Below are positions 13,606-26,551 of a DNA stretch of 64,000 nt, piece after piece. The stretch spans positions 434,001 through 498,000 of the forward strand of contig NW_027271894.1 of the NCBI RefSeq assembly GCF_040938485.1, in the 5' to 3' direction. Source of the DNA: Diadema antillarum (Eukaryota). The notes under the pieces were generated by a model, which was given only the letters and a program-made list of their open reading frames with translations, did no database searches and was not told where the DNA came from. Each line of letters opens with the position of its first letter. Position 1 is the stretch's first letter. A program made the position numbers and the translations under genes.

Positions 13606-14523
13606 CTCGGTAAACGTACTGTCGATCGTTTCCACTTCTCTCACTTGACTAGATGATCTCGCTTTTATGATAAAAAGAGTCCAGTTGGTGCTGGAACACT
13701 GCATCTTAACATGCTTAATTAGTCAATTGCACCTATGCCTCGATGATATGCTAACTTCTGCACTGCTGAAAAGGATCACAGCGTACTGTAAACTGCGTGT
13801 GGCCTTCCCTTTACCGTCTTTTTCCCTCATCCTTCGGGCAGTAGAGTTCAAACTTACCATACTAGCTAGTTACCCTCCTCCGTGAACATTAATGGGCACA
13901 CTTCACAACAACACACATTGCCCAATAAGTCTTCATATCATGTACTGTCTTCCTATATTTGCCGCATATAAGCCCTTCGACACCCCTCCGGCTGTACAGT
14001 ACGTTTGGGGTATATACTCTCTCCAGGGACCAGGATTTTGTTTGTTGTGTGCATGATGATGTATGTGATTTTTGTGGCGTCATGATTTACGATTGAATAC
14101 GGTTGTTGGGGACAACGTATAGTGTGTAATGCGGCTACCGTGACCTTTGGAGCTGAGCGTATCGACATCCAATGAATCTTGCTCAGTCCAGGATGGGAGT
14201 TGGGGAGAAGAATATTTCCCCATCTTATACGTGATTACGTGAACGGCCACAGAAGTTGGAGGCTTTTCATATTCACCACACAAAGTTCTGACCCTCCTGG
14301 CAAACTTGAATTTCTAGGAGATTTTGAAGCAGCGAAGGAGTGAATCGAAGCCCTACATTTCCTGCCCTAGTCGGGCTAAATGCCACAACAGTCCCTAAGT
14401 ACTATGGGTTTGTTTGTTCACGGTGTTCATAATATATGAAGAAAAAAATAAATATATACATATGATATTCGTGCATACAAACAAACTTTAACAGAGAAAG
14501 AAAACGGTTTAATTCATTCGGGG

Positions 14524-14777
14524 ATGATAATAATAATAATGTCTTCTTTATCCAGGGTACCTTCTTCAGAGTTTCCACTGCTCTACTTGAGGGCCGGCTC
14601 TGTCAATATTATTACCCTATATAGCGTTGCCAGGTACCCATTTCTACACCAGGATCCAGAGGGACATGGCGGGTAAAAACATCTTGTCCAAGGACGTAAT
14701 TACTGGGCGGGAATCGAACTTGGGTCCTCCGATTAGGAGACGGGAGTCTTGTCCACTATGACTGCCACAACGCCCCC
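14524..14777 (-). mobile_element. tRNA-derived SINE (tRNA-Arg(CCT)-like head)
   Basis: The minus strand reads GGGGCGTTGTGGCAGTCATAGTGG (A-box-like), CTCCTAATCGGAG (anticodon-like arm), GTTCGATTCCC (B box), a body with GTCCTTGGACAAG and AATGGGTACCTGGC, and an (ATT)n tail ending near 14524. Confidence 0.85.
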
Positions 14778-16199
14778 ATTGAGGCATATAGGGGAGAATG
14801 TATTCTCCAGTTTGGGTACCGTTTGACCATTGGACCATTAGCATCACCAGGTGCCAAATGGCAAACTTTGATGAAGAGGAGCATCGAAAGTACAACATGT
14901 GCGTGTCCTTTCTTCTGTTCCATTACAGGAAAGGCTCGGGCTGCATTCGAATTCGAGATCTCCAACTAGATAGTCTAGAGCGGTATATCCCCTCTATAGA
15001 TTCACGCACCGCAGTACAGAGTCTATACCGCGGTGCGTGAATGTGTAACCACAAAACCTGTGCAGATAAGGCAAGTGGTTATTCACGGTAGTATCACATG
15101 TTGTGTTGTGTTCCGGTCAAAAACAGAAGAAGTTTGTAACTAGTAGGAGGGGAAAACAAAGAAATAAACACGCACACACAATTACAACAACAACAAAACA
15201 ACAACAACTATAACAAACTGTATCGGTTAGACAGGCAAAGGTCATCCATGAAGCATTCGAGGCCCGGATACATTTCAGACCGATGTAATATTCACAATTC
15301 GCCAGCGTGGTCAAACCCTGGAGTGGTTTAGCGTGGAAGGAAGCGCGGGAAAATAGCCGCAGGCAATGCGAGCACGTAGACACTTCCCGCGACATGGTCC
15401 GCAGTGTGGTGCATAGAGTTCACTTCATGCATGAAACTATCGAATGCCATACCGTGTGGATATTTATTGATTTTTTTTCAGCCGTCTCTGCTGTGAAATG
15501 TTGGGTGACTCTCACAAACAAATAACGAATCGTTTCTCTAATATTTCTTGCAAATCATTATGTCACAATGGTGTTTTTTGTTTTAACTTCTGACTTTTCA
15601 TTTGAACACTACAAGAAAGAAGATACTGAGGGTCGATCGTCTTTATGGAAGGGAGCTGTAGTCGCCTTCTTTTTTTGGTATATTTTTTTCCAATCAAGTC
15701 AAGATGGAAAAGAACAGCAAAGTTGAAATGAGCTTGCTTCTTTTCACCACCAAGACCAAAATCTCTTATATTTCAGCCTGAGGATATTCTCTCGCTAAAG
15801 GTGAAACTAACGGCACGACGATAACAACAGGTAAAAAACACACCACTGTATGCATTGTACAAAATATCAAAGGCCGATGTAGGATGATCGGAAGATAATG
15901 CAGAGTGTATCATCAGATACTAACGTAAACGTAAAAAAAAAAGAAACAACAATCAGGCAGGTGTTTTAAAAGATAGCATGGGGAAGGGCGTTTAGGCCAC
16001 ATTGCAACATTCGTGTGTCAGGCACAATAACACTTTACACACTATAGACCTGAATTTGAGTACACAAAAATTGATCACAAAAGGCCATTGTTTGTTTGAT
16101 ATATGACTTACTTCATAATCTACTCCTTTATCATTTTATTACACCGTATGTCCCCTCCCCCCCCCCAAAAAAAAAATACAAAGTTACCCTCCGCAACAA

Positions 16200-16815
16200 T
16201 AACTTTAAAACTTATGAATCAATCCAAACATAATTTCAGGGTATGAAACTATAACTCATTGCCAACATCTTACACAAAATCTCATTCAATTTGCTTTAGT
16301 GGTCAAACAGAAATGAGGAATTTTGTAGAGCATGTCAGGAAACTCTTCCCTCCAAGTTCTGTCTATTGTGTTCACACATTAAAATGCAGTTCCAAGAGCA
16401 TCCAAGTGCTAAACTTGGAAGAATCAGACTCATGACATGCTTTACAATAATCCACATTTATCTGTGACCGCTTAACCAAATTGAATGGGGTTTTCTGCAA
16501 AATAGAGCTAAGATGTTATATTCTAGGACCCTGAAGTAGCATTTAGACGGTTTAATCACATTGGGTGTTGTGAACGCGAAAATGCAATTGTATTTTTTTT
16601 TTACATACTGTATATATTTGAATTCATAAAATGTGGGTTGATTACATTACGGCTTGGAAAGTGTTTTATTCCTTAGTTCTTTTGTTGTTGTTTGTCTATT
16701 AAAGAGTGATCCTCTGTTCAGAAAACTGCATTGTCCATCTAGGACGTCGATATAAAACAGCTGTTAGCTGATCTTTTTATTCTATATGAATGTCTTAAAA
16801 TAAATAGATATATAA
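16200..16815 (+). mobile_element. Highly degenerate CR1-type LINE 3' remnant
   Basis: Frameshifted peptides VEHVRKLFP..IQVLNLEE and RIRLMTCFTIIH resemble the CR1 post-RT motif (LERVQRR..LNLxSLExRR..D..xxFKIIH). They are followed by a UTR-like T-rich stretch and an AT tail. Confidence 0.4.
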
Positions 16816-16822
16816 ATGTATA

Positions 16823-16870
16823 TTATATATATATATATTTATATATATATATATATATACATACATACAT
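16823..16870. repeat. (TA)n/(TACA)n microsatellite
   Basis: Direct reading. Confidence 0.9.
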
Positions 16871-17449
16871 AAATGAATAATTGTTGCCATGATAATTGCA
16901 ATATCAAATTCATACTTAATTGTATTAAATTGTAATTAATCATGATATTATGTCCTTTAAGCAAATTATCTACAGTAGTGACAGCTGTAACAATGATGGT
17001 AATGATATAACAGTAATGATTGTAACAAACACCATGGTCGTCATCTAAATCATGACGTAAAGGAAACGTATCTGTGCAGAATTTAGGCCTAAAACTACAC
17101 ATCCGTCATGCTAAGATATGAACACATCACACGTATCATGTCCGAACTTGGATTGATGGACAGATTGAGATTACCGACTTTGGATCAACGAGGACAAAGA
17201 TAAGCCCACGTTGCTGCTGCTGCACAGAATAACGAAATAAAGACATGAAAATGAAGTTTGACATTAAGGTGTCGCTTTCCTTATTGTTAAGGAGCGCCGG
17301 CAAACCTGGCATCGATCCACAGTGCGACGACAACGTAATAACATCTCGTGGTATTCAAGCCCACGTTCCCCTCGCAGTGCAAATGGCGATCGTTTCATCA
17401 TAAAGAAATTATCGGTCCTCGGTCCCACTATAAGTGTGTCATCATACCG

Positions 17450-18800
17450 TCCCGTTAGTAGTATTAGGAAACCTCTTCTGCCGTGTGCGCCCCATAAAAC
17501 TCGTCGACACGAAAAGCTTCTCTCCACTGGTAGGTAAACACGTTACTGTCGCCGCTCGCAGGTGGTTCGTCACGCACGCTTAAATCAAATGTGTGCTCGC
17601 ATGAAGTAGAGAGCAAACAAGTTTGCCTAAAAACTCTCACTCTTTTTTCAAATCGCCCTATGAGTTGTCAATTACTCTTGAATTACAGGCATACGTGTAT
17701 CTAGTTTCTCTGTGAGGAGATTCCTGTGGCGGACAACCGCCTTCTCAGGCCTGTTGCAGCCCCCTTTGATCTCGGCGGCATCAATTTACGACGCCCAATG
17801 TTATTCCACACGAAAGTTTGGAGAGCTTGGGTGCAACATTGACCTGCGCAGTCTGCACTATTTCTATCATCTCTCAAGGCCTCTCCGCGGCTGCCTTTTA
17901 TTTCATTTCAATTACTAACTCACGTCTCAGAGGCTTGAAAATTAATCCAATTAGTAGGTCTCTCGGTACATCATGTACGTGACGCAAAGAGATGTACTTG
18001 AATACGAGCGATAACTGCAATCAATGCTTTTAGCAAACTACCAATGAAGGAATCGACTTCTCTTCATCGCAGTGAAGTCCTTAAGCACAGTCAAGAAAAC
18101 ACTGTCCGAAACTGCAAGAAAAATAAAAGGAAAGCTGCGAACAGTTGCATTCTCTCAGCTTGAAATCATCGATTACTACGATGATTAAAACAACAAACAC
18201 GCAAGAAGCGGGACGCGAGGCTCCTGCAAACGAGGTGTTGTTGGTTTAATCAGCAAGAAAATGTCCGGCTCCTTTGATTAAAGTAGAAGGGAGAATGACA
18301 GACGCAAAAGGCTACACAGCACCAACGTTGGTAAAATGGATGGGGGTGGCTCTACGTCAAGAAATTGTATACGAACGTTACTTTAATGTCAATACAGATA
18401 CAAAACGCTAAACATGAAAGCATAGTAGCATATAGGGATCATGCCATCATTTCATTCAAAGCTACGCGAGAATGAAATGCGCATGTCCAAGTCCGGTGTG
18501 GCTGGCGCAATAATCACCACAACACGATTCTCCATGAAGTCGAACTTTGAGCAAGTCTTGAAGTGTTTTTTTCCATCATATTTTTCAAAACGGGACCTTT
18601 TACAAGATGATCGAAAACACTGCTTCATCTTTTTTTTTTAAAGATGAGAAACATTGTGTTTGAACTAGTAGAAACCATCGACTTGTTGAAAAATGGATGA
18701 AGGTGTTTTCTTATCTCTGCTTCGTGGTTCACCCCACGTGGAAAAGTTCGTGTCACCTTTGATCACCCAAGCGCGTCGCGCCCTCAGAGACACCGTCTTT
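17450..18800. promoter_or_regulatory. Candidate cis-regulatory module (TCF, posterior Hox/Cdx, Otx/paired P3 motifs)
   Basis: CCTTTGAT at 17763, 18271 and 18756; CCATAAAA at 17492; TTTACGAC at 17785; TAATCCAATTA at 17943; all in unique, repeat-free sequence. Confidence 0.4.
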
Positions 18801-20789
18801 CGACGAGGTTTATACCTTCAGTTCCCTTGTCACTTGGCGTCGCCATCAGGTCTGAGGATGTCATTATGTTATTCAAACTCTATAGCAAGACAAGCTACAC
18901 GGGTACACAGGTAGCAGTAGAAACAGTCTATTAAAGTCATATTTTGTCTCCGTGTGCTTGATATGTAAATTCAGTTCCTTTTTTTTTCTCTTCAACAAGA
19001 TAGAATCAAATACTGAATAGTCACGCAAAATCTTAAAATACAAAAACTTGAGGAGCTTTTAATAAGTACAGTTTCCCCTAGATGGCTGTTCCTTCAAAAA
19101 GTCTCGTTGACTCGTGATTTTTGCGAACAGGAGCGATTGGATCAAGATTTTTTTTTTTTTCGAATGACATGTAAATCATTATTTCTTTCACCTTGACACG
19201 TTTCATTTATCTAAGTCTATCAACCTGCCAGTTCAGATTGTGTGTGAACGCAGAAGACGTTCCCAAAAATATTAAATGACGATGTATTAGCCGGAGCTTG
19301 TCACACGATTCTCAGCAAAATGAGTTCAGCGCGCTATATAACAGCTCTCTGATGTGTAAGATTGAATCGTGAGCTCACGTTTATCCGTCGCTAATAACAT
19401 CGCCGTCAAATAGAAGTACGCATTCTCGGCAAATACTGAGGTGAATTCTGACATTTGCCGAAGATTATTATCGTACCCAGCGTCATTGCGCGCCACGGGC
19501 CAGGCCTGCACTTCTTGGCTCGTTATTTTTCACGACTCAACTTTCCATGCACACTGCACTCCACTTGACTCCAAATCATCGAGCAACTGGCTTCCTGCCA
19601 GTCGTTGATTTTTTTTTTCTTTGAGTTATTTATATTTCTCTGCCAACACCATTTTCCAATACCTTTAATGCAATCATTTATTAGTTCACCTAGACTGACA
19701 GTCATGGACAGTATTTTTTTATAACCTGTATAATCAATGTTTGTTCGAGGGCGGGGGTGAGGGGGGGGGGGGGGTCGAGTACGACTGTTACTGATTGGTC
19801 GACACTTTTTGGGTGATTTTTTCCCCCCATTTCTGTAAAAAGCTTCTCTTCGCCGCGACAAAATGTACACGCGCACATATCCACATATATACACACACAA
19901 ACTCACATACACGCACACTCACTTATATATATGTCATAATCATAATATCTGTAAAGGTAAACTAAAAAATTTATTGCAATCATTGTTTTTTCACGAAGGC
20001 CTGTTGAAATAGCGTTGGGCGCACGATTACTATGAAATATGTATTGGATGACACGCAAAGCTTTCGAACACTGTGTGAGTATATAAGCAGTTAATATGGT
20101 GTACAGTATAGCAATACAGTTCAGTTCAATGGTACTTTGGTTCCAGAGAATTTTTCTGAATTATAGGGATCTCCATTACCTTTGTTAGACAGCTAGATAT
20201 CTCGCTCCATGAATGTTTAATGATCTTTTCCAGCATTCCGTTGGGTCAGTATCTGATTCGAGAACGTTGCTTGTTTGTTCGTTTGGTCACTCATAGTGCC
20301 AGTGTCGATGCTAGCGCGTCAGGCTTACAAAATATATGCTTGCTTTCTTTCCCGACTGGGGAGTTGCCGAGAGCGTCTAGTTTAAACAATATTATTAATG
20401 TCACGTTAATGGGAGCACCGAGTTCTTTATTCTCACCTTTCCTCAAGCGAGCCATCAATCGGGCACCCAATCAAATATTGAGTTTTCCACGTCGTTCGGC
20501 CATGGTGGCGGGTGCAAAAATATGACAGGGGTCATTCGAGTTTAAACTAGACAGACACAACAGCAACCAAAAGAAAATGAAAAGAAAAATAAGCTAACAA
20601 TGAACGATGCATTCCATTTCATATTTTATTCCCTAATTTGTTTATTCCTCACATACTGGAGATTAAAAAAAACACTTGTCAATTCTTTATGGTGACGTGA
20701 TTATTATAATACAAATACACACCTATTTTGTTCGTTGTCATTTTCCATCTGACAAGGTGGCTGGGTATAGCCTTTATTCGCCTGCACCA

Positions 20790-21118
20790 GCTGATCTTCC
20801 ATAGGTTTCAGTTATACTCTGTTCTTGGAGAGTACCACATCACAGGGTTATATGTACCCTGCTCTTTGCAATGCATGAAAGAAGCGGATTTTTTTTTTTT
20901 ACGTGTGTGGGTTGTGGCTCCCTTACACACGGAACCTCCATTTTATGTCCTATCCGAGGGACAGAGTGTTTTGCTTGTACTAAAGGGGACGGCATGGTAA
21001 TACACCACATTGCTCAGTAAGACTCACTTAGATTCGAACCGGGCCCGAACCCGAGCCCGAACCCGAGCCATTCAATTTAAAGGCCAACATAATCCCGCCT
21101 CAGCCACCTCGCCGCCCC
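20790..21118 (-). mobile_element. Degenerate tRNA-derived SINE of a second family
   Basis: The minus-strand head has GGTGGCTGAGGCGG (A box) and GGTTCGAATC (B box). The plus-strand body ACACGGAACCTCC..ATGTCCTATCCGAGGGAC and CCCTGCTCTTTGC resembles conserved invertebrate SINE bodies (recalled resemblance). The 3' boundary is approximate. Confidence 0.65.
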
Positions 21119-22961
21119 ATGTTGACCCAATTCATGACATTGAAAAAAATATAGATGCAACCTGTTGGTGATGATGAAGTGTTCTGGTTACAAATGAAAA
21201 GACATGCTTACACGACACTGAATGACACAATATTATACGATACGTACAAGTATTCTTAAAATTATTAGATAAGAAGTAGTGAAAGAAGAAGAAGAAGAAG
21301 AAAAAAGAAGAACCTAAAAAGAATAAGAGAACGAAAGCAGAAAACAAACGAGCCCTTTACCAAGGGCATTGTCATGTCGAAAACTACTTTATCAATATGC
21401 GTGGCACGGACAGACGGTAGTCAAGTGAAGGCATGCTTTTAATTTTTGTCTTCCCCCGACAGATTGTAGCAAAGTAGATTATCGTTTTCTTTTTCTTTCT
21501 TTTTTTCAGACTATCATCATTAATCCATTGTAATCATTCCGTGGGTTTTATTCAAGTCCCCAAGTTGGATAGAGGAATACATCAATGTATATACCGGCTG
21601 TTGGCGATCGTGCACGTATAAGGCACAGGAATTCTCTCTTAATTCTGCCTCAGCCCGGAGCCACCGACATCGGCCCCACTCCAGATCGTTATTATGCTCC
21701 GGATGCTGGGTGAGGGATACAACAAGGCCCCCGAAATATTGTTACAGAATACCGTGCAAATAAAATGTGGCACGCTCGCGATGCAACCGAGGAAGAAGAC
21801 ATAGACCCCAAGGCGTATTTGTTCTGTTGGGGGGAAATTTTAGGGGCTTATTCCAAGACCATCAGACGCAGTATCGGACGCATTGATGGACCCCGTCTTC
21901 GGGCGATGTCTTATACTGTTCCGATGTACACTCCAGAGCTAATTTAGCTGCTTTGGATTAAATATGAAACGCTGTTTCTATAACCTAATACAAACGCATG
22001 TGTGTGAGTGCTTATTTCTCCCGTAGTCTACGGTGATGGACTGCCTAGCTCAAATCATGGTATCGGAAATTCATTCCGATGAAAACCATTACTCACGCTA
22101 GAATAAGCAACTCGAGTGCAGACAGAATTTAGGTCGGGTCGTCTATCGCTTCCGAACTGCAAAATGAAAAAGAAGGGAAAAAATGGCACAGTAATTGCTA
22201 TGTGTACGTTTTGGTTGACAAACCTGGGGTTTCTGGCCTAAATGTAACAGGGCATCACTTGATTCTGAGAGTTTGGCGGTAGTTAAGTGATTGCTACTGA
22301 CAGGAACGAACAGGCCGACGAGCTTTAGATCGGAAATAACGGATGTTGCAGCCGTTCGCAATATCTCTGGTTGCAACTTGAGCTCGTCTATTCATTTGTA
22401 TATCTCTGGCTTTCTTTTGTCGCTTTTGTAGTTGTGTATGTAGTTATTAGGCCCTACTCTCGGAATTATGATTTTTATCCTATCCATGTCATTTTTCTTT
22501 TTGGCTTACATATTATCTTCTCCAGTGGGAATCAAGCAGGCTGTTAGGTTCAGTCAAGTTTGTTCAAAACCTATGACACAAACTCCGCTGCAATATCGTA
22601 ATAAAGCAAATGTTTAACGAATATAAGCATCAACCCTAAACATACAACAACATCAACAAATGCTAAAGGAAGCGATTTTAATTAGCTACCAAGAACCGCA
22701 GAGAAAGAGCATACGAGCTCTAGAAAGCAATAATAACAATATAGTCCACACACGCGCGCCTACCTCATATTCTTGATCAAATCAGTCAAGTCAACCCCAA
22801 CCTCTTCTCGACCTATCACGATTCCTGAATTGATCCCATGGTCAAGACAGGGCCGAATGTGTGAACCGTCGAAATGAAAGAAAAACATGGCGGTTGGGAT
22901 GTCATTGCGTACATCGTGGGAGTGACCTGTTTTGAACAGTGCAACATTGACGCAATGTGGG

Positions 22962-22977
22962 TAGCTCCCCCTGGTGG
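22962..22977 (-). promoter_or_regulatory. Candidate CTCF binding site
   Basis: The minus strand reads CCACCAGGGGGAGCTA, one mismatch from the core CCASYAGRKGGCRS. This is a motif match only. Confidence 0.45.
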
Positions 22978-23564
22978 AAGAAAAGAAAACAGGCACGGGG
23001 GTTCCCACAGTGATGCATCTATTAAACAACCCAACTGAAGCAACATTGGGGCCTTGTAACAAATCCTATCCTTTTCTTGTCGATTCTAATCCTCACCGTC
23101 GACAAGACTTGATTTGTCATCATGGAAAGCTGTAATGTAGACAGTAGATTGGATATAGTGCCGAATGAATTCCATCCATCATTATAACAGTCAAGACTCT
23201 AAGGTCGCAGAGACAGTACAGAGAAATGCGAATAATTTTCATTTACTCTTTAAAAAAAGAACAAAAATGCGATTATTAATCTGCCCGCCAAACCGGAATG
23301 CAATTAACTTTATGCGACTCATTTCATTCGTGATTTTTTTCAGACCATAAGGCGCCGATGGAAACGTGCATCCATATCTGTTTACTCCATCCAGCGTCAA
23401 AGCAGCCAACAGCAGTGACGACGTGGGAAGATAAATGTGACGTAGATGACGGGGATTTAAGCTCAATCCTTCATTTCTCTTCAGCGCCTTTTCGCTTGCA
23501 AACGCGAAAATTACACATACTCGCATTTTGTCACGGCTCCGACGAAATGTTCAACACTCAGACA

Positions 23565-23716
23565 CAATAATGATGATAATGATAATGACGATGATGATGA
23601 TGATGTTGATAATAATAATAATACTAATGATAATGATAACATTAATAACATTAATAATGACAATAATTGTAACAATAACAATAATAACAACAGTAATGAT
23701 GTTAATAAGGATGATA
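23565..23716. repeat. Degenerate (AAT/GAT)n trinucleotide tract
   Basis: Direct reading; it explains the M/I/T-rich ORF 23528-23830. Confidence 0.9.
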
Positions 23717-26467
23717 ATTCAAAATTTTTTTGGGGGTTTGCTGTGCTTTGTTGGACTTTTTCATTTTCTTTTTTTTTTGGGGGGGGGGAAGGGAGGGCTT
23801 ATGGTTTGCTACTCCAAATACGCAATTTAAGATTGACCCTTATACCCCCTTCAGCCGATTTAGGATAACCTAGGGCATTACGACAAATGCATACATTTTG
23901 AGATCCGATAACGTAGGCAATGCTGACAAGGGTATCTTGTCGATGCTATATGGAAAGTATAATATGATATGGAGAAGAGCTATATACTCAGTGTTTCACG
24001 AAAACATGGAAAGGTAGAAATAGTTATATCATGTGCATACCAATGAACCATGCAGGCGGTGATGGCTAACTCGTATGGTGTGGTTATATGGAATCCAATT
24101 AACCCGTTTTTCTTGTTCCGCTCTGAACCATACCACTTTTCCTAGTGCTTCTTTTCAAATCTCCCCATGTTGGCATGTATGGTCCTTCCAGTCTGAGGTG
24201 AGAGGGGGCTACAGAGTCTTGTGGTGATCTTTCACCCTTTGGATGCTGTTGTCATGGAAACCGTTGGCCCCTGTGCAACAAATTGTGGACAAAATGACAA
24301 AAAAAAAAATTAAACGGCAATACGAGCAACATAATTGCTTCATAACGACACGAAAAAGACGTCTATTTGAATCAGCGATGCGATCTACCATGGTGATGAA
24401 TCTTTACGTATAACTATCTCTCCCTCTCTTTCTTTTCCCTTCTCCCCCTCCCTCCCACCCCCCCCCCCTCTCTCTCTCTCTCTATCTATCTCTCTTTGGC
24501 ACCAAACATGAATAAAAGATGACAACAACACACTGCATGTCCGCTAAATTAGATTAATACACATTTTGGAGTTAATAGCTCGGAACTGGTAGCTTTTTTT
24601 GTCTTTTTGATGAGGTAAAGTGAATTTGACATCGTAAATTAGAACACGTCTGTTTGTGTCATTGAACGCGGTGTATGCGACTGAGAAAGGCGGTGATCGC
24701 TCTCTGCTCTGGAGGAGTATAGAGAACCCAAACGCGTCAGAGGCTCAGAAAGTGTTCGCGCGGTATAACATTGGAATCATCATTCCATATGCCAGAAGTA
24801 TGTCATTCCCGATCATTCGAACGTTGCCGAGCCCTTAAAGGTAGAAGCATCGCTTTGAAAAACTCTTCGACATCATTAAAAAAAAAATCATTTTCACCAA
24901 AAACTTCGTCTGGAGAGCTTATCAGAATTTATACACGTCGAACTGAGAGTCCGAATTGTACGTCACATTGAAAAAGCTATGATAGCACTTCCCATGACGA
25001 ACACTATTTTTTGTCTTTTCTCACACGTGTGATACATGTATCTTCATCGGGATGTGTAATCACATGTTTGTGTCTAGTCGTCCATGTATACTGAAGCTAC
25101 ATTGTATCCATTTTTATTGTATCCATTAGGGTGTTTCATTCTTGCCTGTGTTTCCAACATTTTACACGAATCTGAAGAATGGATACCATCATTCACCTCG
25201 GGGTTGTCTTTCTTGTTGCTGATGTTGTTTTCTCCAATTTTAGACAATGCGTCGATAAGTTAAGATGAGCGTGTGCCTGTTATTACTGGCGACAGCCTTT
25301 GCTAGTAGTCTATATCAGGCGTTGTTGTTTTTTAATTTAATATGATTTGATCTGATTTATTTGTTCTCTGTATGACATCATTTACAACTCTTTTTTAAGC
25401 AATATAATCAAACACAATAAAACATCAATACAGACATGATACTCATTATAGCTAGTTGCTATGATTTTCAAAAATGTTTTTGTCATTCAGTATAATTATC
25501 TATCAGCCTCCAGGTATTTCACGCAGTATACAAACGGTTTAGTCACGAATCCAATGTGGATACATCACCGTGTCTTAAAACACATCGGTTACAATATCTT
25601 TCAAATGTCGATCGCTTTGATACATCATAGATTGATTAGATGTTGATTGAAATCGATTTGAAAGTGGAAAGCAAATAAATGGGCAAGTTAGAATTACAAA
25701 GGAAGGCTTTGGCAGGAAAAAGAATTGTTAACTTTGGAAGAAGGCTTTACTACCGTGCCGTGTTTTTGCTTCGCAAAACTACAAACAAATATTCATAGGG
25801 CAACGGCATCTGGTACCCACAACGTCCTGCCGGTCAACTCCCTTGACAGTTCTAGTTTCGACGATTAAACTGGTAGGACAATAACCCTCTAGGGATATCT
25901 AATCCCCAGGACAGTTTCCCCTCGACAAGCCCTCCAGCATTGACGAAGGAGCAAACGAGTGAACCTCGCCTCCACCTCCTTCTCCTACACACGCACGCAC
26001 GCACACACACACACACACAGCACACACATACACACACACACACGCACTTTTATGTGGTTTTTCCGTGATCTTTATTGATTTCATTCAAATCATACATGAA
26101 TTAACATTTTGAGTATATCGTTAAAATGGCAGTACAAATGAAAATAAAAGCAAAAACAAATTAATGTTTAATACAATTATACTGCAATGATATCCCTCTT
26201 CAGCCCTAGATGATGACACTTAATCAGTTATGATTAATCCAACTAGTCAATTCTAACAATAATATAGTGATGTATGTAATCATAATTCCCTTTAATATGT
26301 TGGATCATATAAATCATGTTCCACAATAAATAGTTCAAGTCAAGAATTGAATCATTTATAATAAGCCCAATCAGCTCTCCCCCTCCCGACCAAAACGAAT
26401 GTTCATCTGTCATTATCCTCAAAAATTAATCATACCAAACAATTCTTAAAACACATATACACACATA

Positions 26468-26485
26468 CAGACAGACAGACAGACA

Positions 26486-26547
<62 letters not shown>
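26468..26547. repeat. (CAGA)n(CA)n microsatellite
   Basis: Direct reading. Confidence 0.95.

Positions 26548-26551
<4 letters not shown>

Noticed and set aside
20139-20150. TGGTTCCAG (WFQ) as a possible homeobox helix 3
   Set aside because: It continues RIFL rather than NRR, and there is no homeodomain context.
24209-24391. 60-aa minus-strand ORF resembling a signal peptide plus short peptide, with an acceptor-like CACAG
   Set aside because: The hydrophobic FFFV stretch comes from a poly-T run, all three frames after the acceptor stop quickly, and there is no recognisable homology.
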